Shown: positions 24,466 through 37,782 of the stretch, piece after piece
How the letters are laid out: every line of letters begins with the position of its first letter
Numbering within the stretch: the first letter of the stretch is position 1
Source: Mobula birostris
Taxonomy: Eukaryota
Length of the DNA stretch: 64,000 nt
Assembly: GCF_030028105.1 (NCBI RefSeq)
Contig: NC_092390.1
Span: 42,452,777 to 42,516,776 of the forward strand
Direction: 5' to 3'
Program-made: the position numbers and the translations under genes
Notes under the pieces: model-generated
The model's input: only the letters and a program-made list of their open reading frames with translations
What the model was told of the DNA's origin: nothing
Databases searched by the model: none

Positions 24466-26019
24466 CCAGTTTTAATGCAATAGCTCTCTTTGTAAATGAA
24501 ATTCTTAGCAACTAATGTAAGGATATGAAGTTTAAGATTGCATAATGGCAGATAAACATTGACCTAAAGGGAAATAATGTTAAATGAAATGTTTAAATCA
24601 GTCAAACCACAAGTGATGAAGCAAACGTTCCTCCCACACCTTGGTCTTACTGTTGTCAGCTTGCACAGAGCTGTCGGAATTAACTCCTCCTTTCAGCTGT
24701 CCTCACTACAACCTCCTCCCGCTGCTTCATGTTCCAACAGGTTGGCTCAAACTGTGTGCCCTCTGCTTATTCCCTGAATTATGTTGTATTCAAAAAGGAA
24801 AGCAGTTACACTTCAAATTTCATTTCTAGTGTCTAGTTAATGTTGGCAAGACAAAAAATGTTTTCCAATTCCTAATTGGTGATGAGTCGTCTTCTTGAAC
24901 CTCTGGAATTCTTCTGTTGAAAGTACTTCTACATTGATGCTGGGCCAGAAGTCCAGGATTCAGATCCAGAGATGATGAGGGACCAGCAATATATTTCCAA
25001 GGCATGATAGAGCACAACCCAGGGGTAGTTGTCAGTTGTCCTTATTCTTGTGGTAGTAGAGATCATTTGTTTGGGAAATGCTTGGGGTCTTTGCATCTCT
25101 TACCATATGTACATCGTACATATGGACTGCACGTCTCATATAATTTCAATGGATGCTTACTAACATCTTTCTTTCTTCCGGACTAAACCACATGTAACAT
25201 GATAGGGAGAACACAAAAGGCAGCAGCTCACAGCACAATCAAATTTTATACACCTTAGTCAAATTGTTTGCAGCTTTAACCATGTTGGTCTCTGGGCTGA
25301 TTTTCCAATTCAGTTTTTCTGTCCTACCACATAGACTGTTCAAATTTCTTATCAAAGCACATCTATGTCACCATTTGCGGGCATACTCAATAAATCCATA
25401 ATAGAATAATAACCTTCTCTCTCTGCAACAAGTCCCAATCCAGAAGCTTCTGCTGTACTTCAGCTGGTAAAATCCCTCTATATTGCTACATCACCAGCAG
25501 CCTTCACACTATAATTCTCCATTTTGGATTCTTATCCTTCATCTTCCATAAAACCTAAACACGTGCTGAATACATTCTGTCCTGGCTAAAATTTGCTCGA
25601 TAATGTCTAAGTTACAGACCATGGAAGAACATAGCAAGAAGTTCAAGCTCAAGTTTGTTGTCATTCAACAGTAAACATGCATACCCCCAAACAAAACAAT
25701 GTTTCTCCAAACCAAGGTGCACAACTTTGTATATATAACTCACACACAACACTAATGTAATATTACCACAAATAAACTAACAAATAATAAAACATAGAAG
25801 AATATAAGCTTGTTTAACAATCTGAAATATCTCTTGCTCATCATTAATATAATAGTAATAACTTGTGGAACAAACTTGATGGGCCAAATAGCCTAATTCT
25901 TCTGACATGTCTTTTGGTCTAATATCTGATTCAAATTGTTTGCAGCATTCCCATCTCAAGCTTTAAATATTCATCCACCTCTTCTAACCTCCTTAGGATC
26001 TTGCAGCATCCATCATTCT

Positions 26020-26563
26020 CCATAAGACATAGGAGCAGAATTAGGCCATTCAGCCCATCGAGTTTGCTCTGCCATTGCATCATAGCTAATCTCACTCAAC
26101 GCTATACTCCTTGCCATAACCTTTGATACCCCAACCAATCAGTAAACTATCAATGTTTGCTTTAACTATGCCTACGGTCTTGGCCTCCACAGCTGTCTGC
26201 GGCAGAACATTCCATAAATTCACTGCTGTCTGGCTAAAAACGAATTCCTCCTCAACTCTGTTCTAAAGAATTGCCCCTCAATTTTGAGGCTGCACCTTCT
26301 AGTTCTGGACATCCCTACCATAGGGAACATCCTCTCCACATCCACCATATCTAGTCCTTTCAACATTCGCTAGGTTTCAATGAGATCACCAAGCATTCTT
26401 CTAAATTCCAGTGAGTACAGGCCCAAAGCTGCCAAATGCTCCTCACATGTAAATTCCTTCATTCCCAGAATCATCCTTGTGAACCTTCTCTGGACTCTCT
26501 CAATGACAACACATCCTTTCTGAAATATAGATCTCAAAACTGTTGGCATACTCCAAGTGCGGT
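26020..26563 (-). mobile_element. CR1 3' fragment
   Basis: CATAAGACATAGGAGCAGAATTAGGCCATTCAGCCC is the reverse complement of a CR1 3' end. Confidence 0.85.
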
Positions 26564-26849
26564 TCTCCTTCTAACCCTTCTCAGAATGGTCCTTTCCTCG
26601 GGGTTGGGGATCAAATACATCTCCAGCAGAGATTTTAATTGCCTGAAGTCTATTCTCCATGGTCCTCCACTTCTGAGAAAATAGTGAAGAAGGTTGAAAT
26701 AGACAAAAAGAGAATATGCTGTATACATGGACCTATCTGGCTGAACTTTCAATCGCCCAGGTAATTTTTTTCCAGGTTCAGCGTTTGTCCTCTTCAAGCT
26801 AATCTATGAAGCTGTCAGATATCTAATTTTATATGAAACTGCTGAATAC

Positions 26850-27140
26850 TGGGCACAGAGGTCAGCGCAGCACTATTACAGCTCGGGGCATTCAGAGTTC
26901 AGAGTTCAGAGTTCAATTGCAATGCCGTGCTGTAAGGAGTCTCGGTAAATCCTCCCTGAGGCATGCGTGGGTTTTCTCCAGGTCCTCGGGTTTCCTCCCT
27001 CAGTCCACTGACGTACCATGTAGGTTAATGGGTCATTGTAAGTTGTCCTGTGATTAGGTTAGGGTTAATTGGGTTTTTGGGGGTTGCTGGCTTGGCATAG
27101 CTCAAGGGCCCTGCTCCACGATGCATTGTTAAAATAAAAT
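26850..27140 (+). mobile_element. V-SINE-like SINE
   Basis: Same core as 21283-21565. Confidence 0.8.
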
Positions 27141-28079
27141 GAACGGAATGCATAAGATCATTCAGAGAGTTATATGGCAGCAAGGTAAATAAATGCAAAA
27201 TATGAGTCCTGTATGTTCCACCTAAAACGAGGTTTAAAAACAACTTTAAAAACATTCTACAGCAATTTAATTGAGGGAGAGTTACATTTGTAGGGCTTTG
27301 ATGCAAATAAATCATCTTCCTGTTTGAAGTGTAATTAGACAGTAAATGATTACTGTACTTTGTAATATTGAAAAGAAGAATCTAATCATTTGCAATCTAT
27401 TTATTTTTGGTATTAACCAGAGGCTGTTCACAGCGCGAAGCAACTGAAAACAAGTGACACGGAAGCAAACATTTATTGAATTTGGAGAACATGAAAGCAA
27501 AGCTCAGTTATGATTATAAAGGACACGGAAAATATTCACTACCTTGAATCAGCTACTATATATAAAACAAGATATTTATCCCTTTGCTGGGTTATTTTCA
27601 GATCTGCTGGGTTCACTGAATGTATAAATCATGATCTCAACAAATAGCAGAAAATGTTGATATCCATGCCAAAATTTGTATTCTTCTCAGACTTGAAAGT
27701 CTATGCAGTAAGAATCTATAAAATACTGTTGAATTTGTTCTAATATAAATACATCTATATATGGTGTAAAGAATGTGTCTGGTGGCTTATTTGTTGAATC
27801 CTTTACTCACTGGTCACAATACACAATTATGGGGACTTCTTTCAGTAAACTGCATGTAATATGCATTACAGTCACTATTTTAAACACAGCTTCATAAAAA
27901 GAAAGAAGAAAATACTTGTCTTGCAAACTCCAATACTTATATCCCTACACAGAAAAGGATTTAATTATTCAAGATGGTTAAAGCAGATCAGCACATCAGC
28001 AATCTCATTTCACTTGTCTGTTTCTTTATACTTGACAACCGCAAAACATTATCCACTTGATGCTAAGAGTTCAGTTATT

Positions 28080-28460
28080 AGATAGATACTTTATTGATCC
28101 CAAAGGAAATTACAGTGTCACAGTCGCATTGCAAGCACTCAGATATACAAATATTAGAAGAGAAGTAAGAAAGAATAAAAAAAATAAGTTACTTCAAACA
28201 GTCTAACAGGAGGGGATCATCACTTCCCCTGCTATAGGTTGACACATTTTTGAGCCTAATAGCTGAAAGTAAGAATGGCCTCATCTAGCTCTCTTTGGGC
28301 AGTGCAGTTGTCTAAGTATCACTAAAAATGCTCCTCTGTTCAGCCAAGGTGGCATGCAGAGCGTGAGAAACATTGTCCAGAATTGCCAGGATTTTCTGTA
28401 GGGTCTTTTGTTCTGCCACAGCCTCCAGTTTGACTCCTGTAACAGAGCCAGCCTTTCTAA
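28080..28460 (-). mobile_element. Rex1-like LINE 3' fragment
   Basis: (AGAT)n tail + ACTTTATTGATCCC; reverse complement encodes a Rex1-like C-terminus. Confidence 0.55.
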
Positions 28461-28579
28461 TCAGTTTATTGAGACTTTTCCGCCTGACAATTCTGAGGCT
28501 GCCCTTTGTCCCAGTTAATAGGTAGCTGAGTCCAACAAAGGGACAGGGATAAAGAAATACAGAATTATAACAGAAACGG

Positions 28580-30575
28580 GGTCATAGAGGCACAGAAAAC
28601 TACAGAACAGAAAAAAGCCCTTCACCACATCTAGTCCATGCCAAACAATTTAAACTGCCTTGTCTAAATGATCTGCACCTGGACCATAGCCCTCCGTACC
28701 CTTTCTATCCATGTACCTATCCAAACTTCCCTTAAACGTTGAAATTGAAGTCGCATTCGCCACTTGCACTAGCAGCTTGTTCCACAATCTCACCACCCTC
28801 TGAATGAAGAGGTTTCTCTTCATGTTCCCTTTAAACATTTCACCTTTCACCCCTAACCCGTGACCTCTAGTTGTAGTCTCTCCCAATCTCAGTGGAAAAA
28901 GCCTGCTGCATTTCATCATCATCATTATGAGCCATGTCGTATGACGTAGGCGATCATGGTCTTTATGATCATGATTGTTCTTGGCAAATCTTTCTACAGA
29001 AGTGTAGAAAATTTTTCTTCTGGGCAATGCCTTTACAATATGGGAGACCCTAGACATTATCAATATTTTTCAGAGATCGTCTGCCTGGTGTAGTTGCATA
29101 ATCTGGATTTGTAATATGCACTAGCTGCTCATATGACCATCTACCACCTGCTCCCATGGCTTCATGTGACTCTGATCGTGGGGCTAAGCAGATGCTATAC
29201 CTTGCCAAAGGGTGACCTGCAGGCTAATGGAGGGAAGGAGCACCAGACATCTCCTTAGGTAGAGAAATATCTCTACCTTGTCACCAAGTGCTTGCATTTA
29301 CCCTATCCATACATAAAATAATTTTGTATACCTCTGTTAAATCTCCCCTTCATCTTCTACATTCTAGGGAATAAAGTTCTAACCTATTCAATCTTTCCTT
29401 ATAGCTCAAGTCCTCCAGTCCCAGCAACATCCTTGTAAATTTTCTCTGTACTCTTTCAATCTTATTTACATCTTCCCAGCTTGTGCGTGGGAGGGGGGAG
29501 GGATCTTTGGGTTTCTGATGTTTCTGTCATTCATCTTTTGTTTTTTTTTCTGTTTCATGGATGTCTGTGAAGAGTAAGAATTTCAGGTTGTATGTTGTAT
29601 ACATTCTCTGATATTAAATGGAACCATTGAACCTGTAGGTAGGTGACCAAAACTGCACACAGTACTCCAAGTTAGGCCTCACCAATGTCTGATAGAACTT
29701 TATCATAACATCCTAACTCCTGTACTCAATACTTTGACCTATGAAGGCTAATGTGCCAAAATCTTTATGACTTTACCTACCTGTGACAGCACTTTCAATG
29801 AATTATGGACCTGCACTTCCAGATGCCTTTGTTCTACTAATACTCAAGTGTGCCCCACCACTCACTGTGTAAGACCTACCCTGGTTGATCCTCTAAAGTG
29901 CAACACCTCACACTTAACTGCATTAAATTCCATCTGCCATTTTTCAGCCCAATTTTCCAGCAGGTCCAGATCCCGCTGCAAACTTTCCTAGTCTTCCTCG
30001 CTGTCCACTACACCCACAAGCTCAAGCTTTGTGTCATCCACAAATTTGCTGATCCAGTTAACCACAATATCATCCAGATCATTGATATAGATGACAAAGA
30101 AGAATGGATGTAGCACCGATCCCTGCAGCACTCCACTAGTCACAGGCCTCCAGTCAGAGAGGCCACCATCTACTACTGCTCTGGCTTCTCCTGCAAAGCC
30201 AATATCTAATCCAGTTTACTACCTCATCTTGAATGCCAAGCATCTGAACCTTCTCGACCAATCTCCCATGCGGAACCTTGTCAAATGACTTGCTGAAGTC
30301 CATGTAGACAACATCCACTGCCATGCCCTCGTCAACTTTCTTGGTAGCTTCCTCGAAAAACTCTATAGAACTAGTTAGACATGACCTACAGCATAAATAG
30401 CCATGCTGACGTTCCCTACTCAGTCCCTCTCTATCCAAATACTCATATATCTGGTCCCTTAGAATACCTTCCAATAACTTTTCGCTACTGATTCCCGGCT
30501 CACCGGCCTATAATTTCCTGGTTTATTCTTAGAGCCTTTTTTAAACAGTGGAAAAACATTAGCTATCTTCCAGTC
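28580..30575 (-). mobile_element. CR1 LINE (RT to 3' end) with two nested insertions
   Basis: DWKIANVFPLFKKGSKNKPGNYRPVS, VDVVYMDFSKSFDKVPHGRL, RGHGLGVKG..FIQRVVRLWN. Confidence 0.9.
28912..29288 (-). mobile_element. Short non-LTR element/SINE with (ATG)n tail nested in CR1
   Basis: (CAT)n on the plus strand; TGCATTT duplicated on both sides; CR1 resumes after it. Confidence 0.6.
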
Positions 30576-31238
30576 TTTCAAGGAAAATTTCATATAGAAG
30601 GCAAAACAACAGAGGAGCACAGTAAAGTGTGTAATTATTGTAGACATACTGCTTATATCGAATGCTATGCATTTGCTTATTGAATGAAAAATAAATATTT
30701 GATTATAGCCTGATTGAGTGAGCGTTCTTCTACCTGCAGCCATTGAAAATATGAATGCTCATGATGTGTCAGGAAATCAGATTCATTACCAAAGGATTTT
30801 TATTCTATGTACCTTCACAAACACTGCACTATTAAAAGCTCACCAGATTAACAGGGAATGGTCCACTTATGAAACTCACAAATAGGACATCTGCTGTAAA
30901 TTCAAAGATGCAAGACTCCATTTCCTCACTGTCAGAATAAGAAAAGTAATAAGATTATATTGTGGGTTAAAACAGAGATAGTGAAGTACATTATCAGAGC
31001 CTTTGAGTAACACTTTATTATTCTGAGCAGGGGGTAGGGCTACACTACTACAGCAACAAGCAATGTTATATCTGTATGCTCTTTACAGCAAAACTTGAAG
31101 ACAACTTAAGGAAAGAGGGAGCCAAGAGATGAAATTAAGCAAACACGAGGAAATCTGCAGATGCTGGAATTTCAAGCAACACACATAAAAGTTGCTGGTG
31201 AACACAGCAGGCCAGGCAGTATCTCTAGGAAGAGGTAC

Positions 31239-31274
31239 GGCCGACGTTTCGGGCCGAGGCCCTTCGTCAGGACT
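31239..31274 (-). ncRNA. Minimal hammerhead ribozyme motif
   Basis: Reverse complement AGTC-CTGACGA-A-GGGCCTCGGCCC-GAAA-CGTC-GGCC. Confidence 0.7.
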
Positions 31275-32763
31275 AACTGAAAGAAGAGCTAGTAAGAGAT
31301 TTGAAAGTGGGAGGGGGAGGGGAAGATCCAAAATGATAGGAGAAGACAGGAGGGGGAGGGATGGAGCCAAGAGCTGGACAGTTGATTGGCAAAAGGGATA
31401 TGAGATGAACATGGGACGGGAGGCCTAGGGAGAAAGAAGAGGGGGGGGGAAACCCAGAGGATGGGCAAGGGGTATAGTGAGGGGGACAGAGGGAGAAAAA
31501 GGAGAGAGAGAAAACAAATGTGTGTACATAAATAAAGAATGGATGGGGTACGAGGGGGAGATGGGGCATTAACCAAAGTTTGAGAAGTCAATGTTCATGC
31601 CATCAGGTTGGAGGCTACCCAGACGGAATATAAGGTGTTGTTCCTCCAACCTGAGTGTGGCTTCATCTTGACAGTAGAGGAGGCCGTGGATAGACATGTC
31701 AGAATGGGAATGGGATGTGGAATTAAAATGTGTGGCCACTGGGGGATCCTGCTTTCTCTGGCAGACAGAGCGTAGGTGTTCAGTGAAACGATCTCCCAGT
31801 CTGCGTCAGGTCTCGCTAATATATAGAAGGCCACATCGGGAGCACCAGATGCAGTATATCACCCCAGCCGACTCACAGGTGAAGTGTCGCCTCACCTAGA
31901 AGGACTGTCTGGGGCCCTGAATGGTGGTGCGGGAGGAAGCGTAAGGGCATGTGTAGCACTTGTTCCGCTTATCAGGATAAGTACCAGGAGGGAGATCAGT
32001 GGGGAGGGGTGGGGTGGACAAAAGGACAAGGGAGTCGCGTAGGGAGCGATCCCTGCGGAAAGCAGAGGTGGGGGAGGGAAAGATGTGATTAGTGGTGGGA
32101 TCCCGTTGGAGGTGGCGGAAGTTACGGAGAATTATATGTTGGACCTGGAGGCTGGTGGGGTGGTAGGTGAGGACAAGGGGAACCCTATTCCTAGTGGGGT
32201 GGCGGGAGGATGGAGTGAGAGCAGATATATTGGCGAGACCCGACACAGACTGGGAGATCATTTCGCTGAACACCTACGCTCTGTCAGCCAGAGAAAGCAG
32301 GATCTCCCAGTGGCCACACATTTTAATTCCACATCCCATTCCCATTCTGATATGTCCATCCACGGCCTCCTCTACTGTAAAGATGAAGCCACACTCCGGT
32401 TGGAGGAACAAAACCTTATATTCCGTCTGGGTAGCCTCCAACCTGATGGCAAGAAAATTGACTTCTCAAACTTTTCTGCTAACCCCCACCTCCCCCTCGT
32501 ACCCCATCCGTTATTTACTTATATACGCACATTCTTTTTCTCTCTCTCCTTTTTCTCCTTCTGTCCCTCTGACTATACCCCTGGGCTTCCCCCCCCTTTT
32601 TCCTTCTCCCTAGGCCTCCTGTCCCATGATCCTCTCATATCCCTTTTGCCAATCACCTGTCCAGCTCTTGGCTCCATCCCTCCCCCTCCTGTCTTCTCCT
32701 ATCATTTCTGATCTCCCCCTCCCACTCCCACTTTCAAATCTCTTACTATCTCTTCTTTCAGTT

Positions 32764-32799
32764 AGTCCTGACGAAGGGTCTCGGCCCGAAACGTCGACT
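32764..32799 (+). ncRNA. Minimal type I hammerhead ribozyme (intact consensus)
   Basis: AGTC-CTGACGA-A-GGGTCTCGGCCC-GAAA-CGTC-GACT: stem I AGTC/GACT, stem II GGG/CCC, palindromic ACGT in place of stem III, GTC cleavage triplet. Confidence 0.8.
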
Positions 32800-33569
32800 G
32801 TACCTCTTCCCAGAGATGCTGCCTGGCCTGCTGCATTCACCAGCAACTTTTATGTGTGTTAGATGAAATTAAGCACATGCTTTTAACAGTTGATATTATA
32901 ATTGATATTGTATCCTGAACTGTAAATCAAACTTCTAGTTCAATATCAGCCTATGATATCAACCAAGCGGGTTTCAGGACTTCTATAAAGCCATTTCAAT
33001 TCCCTTTTAAGAGATGCATGAGTTGAACTCGAATTGAGCAATTGACAACCACAGACCAATAATGACTAGAGTGGGAATTCCGTTTGCTTTCACGTGAAAG
33101 GTGACCAGATCATCTAGCCATGAGACTGTGAAAGCATTAAAAATTAAGTGGCTTGTAGTTCAGTGATGCAGCTACCTTGTGGCCGTTTACTCACTGATGA
33201 AGAAAATCCCTTAGCAAACTGGTGGAAGTCTCTGCCATTCAGGATCTAAGTTGCAAATAGATTTTCCAGACGAGTTAAATGGCTGAATGTTGAGAGGTCC
33301 CTTGCTGAATGAGATTATAGATTTTCCAAGGGTTTCTGGTTTAGTCTGGGAGTCAGTGCACCATGGTGAAGAACATATGTGAAATTGGTTAACGTTTTCC
33401 ATATAGTTTGGATCTGAGGAACTATAAATAGCTTTCCCCAGCTATCTCTATTTGCCTGATTTCATTACTGCTTTAGTTCCTTGTTATTAAAGCAGAGGTA
33501 TGATGAAACACCTAATTGTCAAATGGGTGTGCAGCAGGGAGGCACTGTGCTTCAGTACTGCGCCAATAG

Positions 33570-34040
33570 CCAACATACTGGTCTATTGATTCAGAAACAT
33601 GACTTTGAAAACCCACCATGGGAGCAGGGGAATTTAAATTCAGGCAATTAAATAAATCAAGGATTAAAAAGTCTGGCCTCAGTAGTAGAGACCATGAAAA
33701 TACCGGATTGTAAAAACCATTAAATTCATTACTATCTTCCAGGATATTCCTTTCAATTTTTCGTTGATCTCATTCTGGTTATTATTCTATTTTGGATTTA
33801 TTGAGTATGTCCACAAAAAATGAGTTTCAGGTTTGTATATGGTGACATATAGATACTTTGATAATGAATTTACTTTGAACTTAGGAAAGAGCGTGTTCCT
33901 CTTTACTTATTTGGGCTGTGTGCAGCTCTAGACAGAGCAATCTGCTACACTCTTAAGAGTCCTCTGAACTGACTTTGTAAGCCATTCAGTTGAGGGGCCA
34001 ACTGGGTACAGACAATAATCCCACTGCAGTCCACATTCTT
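33570..34040 (+). mobile_element. Old elasmobranch-type SINE interrupted by a Rex1 tail (~33745-33880)
   Basis: CCCACCATGG..GGAATTTAAATTCA..GACCATGAAA..GTAAAAACC..AAGCCATTCAGTT core. Confidence 0.6.
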
Positions 34041-35659
34041 TAGATGAGGACATTAAACCTATTTACCTACTGTAAAATGCCGAGACATTAATTAGGCCGG
34101 GCAGCACCTGCGGGATGAGAGACAGAAAACATGTAATTTACAATTTTAGTTCAGCATCTGCAGCTTTTTTGATGCTCTTAGTTTCTTACAAGTTTAGCTT
34201 CACTTGGGGAGTGCTATGGTTTGCTGTTGCCAAAGAAAGGATAATCAAGTATATTGACAGCTCAGTCCTCTTTCCAATGGAAGCAAACCTGGTGGATATT
34301 AATTTGAATTGAGGAGGTGACACCAGCCTCACCTTCTAACATGAAACATGATCATTGTTGGATGGGGAACAGAGTATGAGTTCCCAGGTGGCAGGTAGGA
34401 TTGGTGCTTGTCTCATATTAGACACCAGTGATCTGGATGACGTAGCTAAATGCAACATCTCAAGTTTGCAGATATCACAAAGATACGAGTGTGCTGAATG
34501 GTAGCATAGGCTCAAGGGCTGAATGGTCTCCTATTTTCTATGTTTATGTGCAACGTCAGAGGCAATCATCCAAAGACGCTTGATGTGGTCAGCCTCAACA
34601 TGAATGACTGTGAAGTATCTTCCCTCCTGTTGCTTGCATCATGTGTCACCACCCATTGAAACTGATGCAAATAGAACAATAGCTTATACGTGTAAAGTTA
34701 CATGGACATCTGCTTGTGTAAATTTTCCTGAAATTAGAAATGGGTTACTTCAACAGCAAAATATATGTGCTGGCTTTGTATGCTGCTCTCGTGATGAGTC
34801 AGTACCCTCTGGCTATTTATAATGTTTTAATTTTCAAGGACATACAAGCCTACTGTTATCCACAAAGTGTTCCCTTGTTTTCAAAGTAGGCCTGTACAGC
34901 TTCTTTGGTGAGGATATTCCATCAGCAATGTAGTACAAACACCTAGGTAAAGTTCAAGCTAACAGAGTTAATAAATCTAATCATTTCCAGGACGGATGTA
35001 TGACCAGAAGGGGTACACGTTATTGTGAATCAGTAGTTGTCCTGAGAAGGTGGAGAATGTTTTCTGCGTGACTCTCGTCAGTCCACTCTGTGCTGTCAGT
35101 TAGGGTGGTCCAAGAATTTCATCCAGCCAGAATCTGAGGAAGCTTATGTACAGTGCCTGTTGCAAATGGGTAGTGGCATGTTGAATAGTTACATCTTTCT
35201 TTCCACATTTACAGAGGTGTCCAAAGCTATTGGTAATGCTCTGAGCTTCTGCCAATGCAACCACTAATGTCCATTTCTAAAGACCAATAGTTAGAGAGAA
35301 GACGGATTCATGTTTAGGTTGTCCTGTGTAAAGAGAAAGCATTGTACCCAGGGGTGTAGAGGATAAGCAACGGAACACATTCCCACTTAGGCTCCAGTGT
35401 GAATGCTGAGGACTCTGATCAGGCATTACTTGCTGAATTGCACCAAATTGGGAAAAAAATGTTATCTGGGTCCAGATGTAGAGATTTTCCACAAGGATTG
35501 GCAGTCAAAAGCCTAGTCAAATAATCATAAGGAAATTGGTTTGTTGGGAAGGCGAGTATGGTAATCAATGTGGGGTTATCTGGACGTTAGAAGTAGGCAT
35601 TGAACATATCTTATATTGTCCTGGTTGGTCAGTATTGTGAAAAAAACCTGTAAGTGACC

Positions 35660-36572
35660 AAGTGTACTAGCCCCTCCTTTACTCTCTGTAGACCCATGAC
35701 TGTGTTGCCACCCACAATTCCAATCTGCTAACTAAATTTGCCGACGACACTGCACTGATTGGTCTAATCTCAAATAATAATGAAGCAGTTTACAAAGAAG
35801 TCACCACCCTGACACAATGGTGTCAAGGAAAGAACCTCTCCCTCAATGTCACAAAAACAAAGGAGCTGGTTGTGGATTACAGGAGGAATGGAGACGGGCT
35901 AACCCTTATTGACATCAATGGATCTGGGGTTGAGGGGGTAAACAGCTTCAAGTTCCTCGGCATCGTCATCACCGAGGACCTCACGTGATCTGTACACTTG
36001 TGGTGAAAAAGGCACAACTGCGCATCTTTCGCCTCAGATGGTTGAAGAAGTTTGGTGTGGGCCCCCAAATCCTAAGAACTTTCTACAGGGGCACAATTGA
36101 GAGCATCCTGACTGGCTGCATCACTGCCTGGAATGGTAACTGTACCTCCCTTAATCGCAGGACTCTGCAGAGAGTGGTGCGGACAGCTCAGCACATCACA
36201 TCAGTAGTTGCGAACTTCCCACTATTCAGGACATTTACAAAGACAGGTGTGTAAAAAGGGCCCGCAGGATCATTGGGGACTCAAATGACCCTAACCACAA
36301 ACTGTTCCAGCTGCTACCATCTGGGATATGGTACCGTAGCATAAAAGCCAGGACCAACAGGCTCCGGGACAGCTTCTTCCACCAGGCCATCAGACTGATT
36401 AATTCATGCTGACACAACTGTATTTCTATGTTATATTGACTATCCCATTGTATATACTATTTATTATAAATTACTATAAATTGCACATTGCATACTTAAA
36501 CAGAGACATAACATAAATATTTTTACTCCTCATGTATATGAAGGATGCGAGTAATAAAGTCAATTCAATTCA
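35660..36572 (+). mobile_element. 5'-truncated Rex1/Babar LINE
   Basis: KFADDTALIGLI, FKFLGIVITEDL, FYRGTIESILTGCITAW; tail AATAAAGTCAATTCAATTCAA. Confidence 0.9.
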
Positions 36573-37782
36573 ATAGCCACTGTCTGGGCAATGTGTGCTG
36601 ATCTCTCGTGTTGCATGGGGGATGACATAATTTGAGACTCATTTGATATTGAAGTTGCAATGAGCAATCTAAACAATGCTTGGTCAAATTTCCACAGTGA
36701 CACTCCGGAAACTGTCAGTACTACATGATTGGATTTCTAGGCCAATGTGTTTTCCCCACTACAGTAGGAAAGTGCTGGTGCATTAGAGCACGTTGGGAAG
36801 ATTATATTACATCCCTGCTTCCCAGCTGCAGACTACATCTCTGTAAAATAAAATTCTGTTTCAATTAACAATATTTTGTGGACAGGAAAATAAAGCAGCA
36901 ATTGCTAGCAACTGTCTTACTCCTTTGCTGAATCCTCAGTTTGAAGCTGCCAGTAATGCTTTGGGCAGGCTGCCCAGTGCAAAAGTGCTTAATGCCAGTG
37001 GATTATTAATTCAGAGTGAAAGATGCTAGTGTATGAAGGTTAATATGTTAATTAGCACTCATCTATTCTTGCACAAACCTGTTGCCTTGTGTGAGGCAAC
37101 GAGTATAAATGACGGGGCAGGAGATATAGGTGACAATCAGGGGTGGAACCCTTTTATGATTTTACAAATATGCATTTCCTCAGCCCTTTCATGGATAGAT
37201 TCAGCCAACACTGGAGAATGGAATAATAAGAGGATTAGACAGCCAGGTTTTCTGTAGAATTGGTGCAATCAATGAAGCTTTCCCTGCAAGAAAAGAGAGG
37301 TTAAGATCATTCCTGTTGTAACATTAAACTCCCTGCCACCTTTGATTTTTTGCATAATTTTCAACCTGGTAATCTGCATTTAGCATTTTTTCAAGTACTC
37401 TTCTTTGTGTTGCTTTTAGCTTAGAAACTGGATCGATGACAAAAAATACACTGTGAAGATTTCATTGTGAGAAAGGAAAGAGGCTTGTTTAACACTAAGA
37501 TCATGTCTAAGACAAGAGAATTGAATTCTTTTCCAGTAATAAATATGCTCTTCACTGGAACTCTGTCATAGCTGCTCTCTCTTTTGCACACAAGTAGAAA
37601 TTGACAGAGATATGTTGATTCTGTTTTATAAAAAGAAAGCCTGGAAGCTAGACTTGTGAACAACGCCACAATCTCTGCTGTGAATTAAGCAAAATGAGAA
37701 TCTTTCTTAAGAATTTAAAATAAAACAAGGAGACATGATCAAGGAAGAGTGATAAATCTTTAAACAGATACTGCATTGGTCA

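Larger units (their letters stand above)
31141..32860. mobile_element. Young Penelope-like element in inverted configuration (minus arm to ~32225, plus arm from ~32226) with 14-15 bp TSD
   Basis: AGATGAAATTAAGC at 31127-31140 and 32861-32874; RVPLVLTYHP, CYTC, YIGETRHRLGDHFAEHL, LGSLQPDG (GIY-YIG). Confidence 0.92.

Noticed and set aside
22072-24772. Minus-strand exon-like segments at ~22072-22167 and ~24651-24772
   Set aside because: Good splice signals, but stops in all three frames; at most non-coding exons, with no further support
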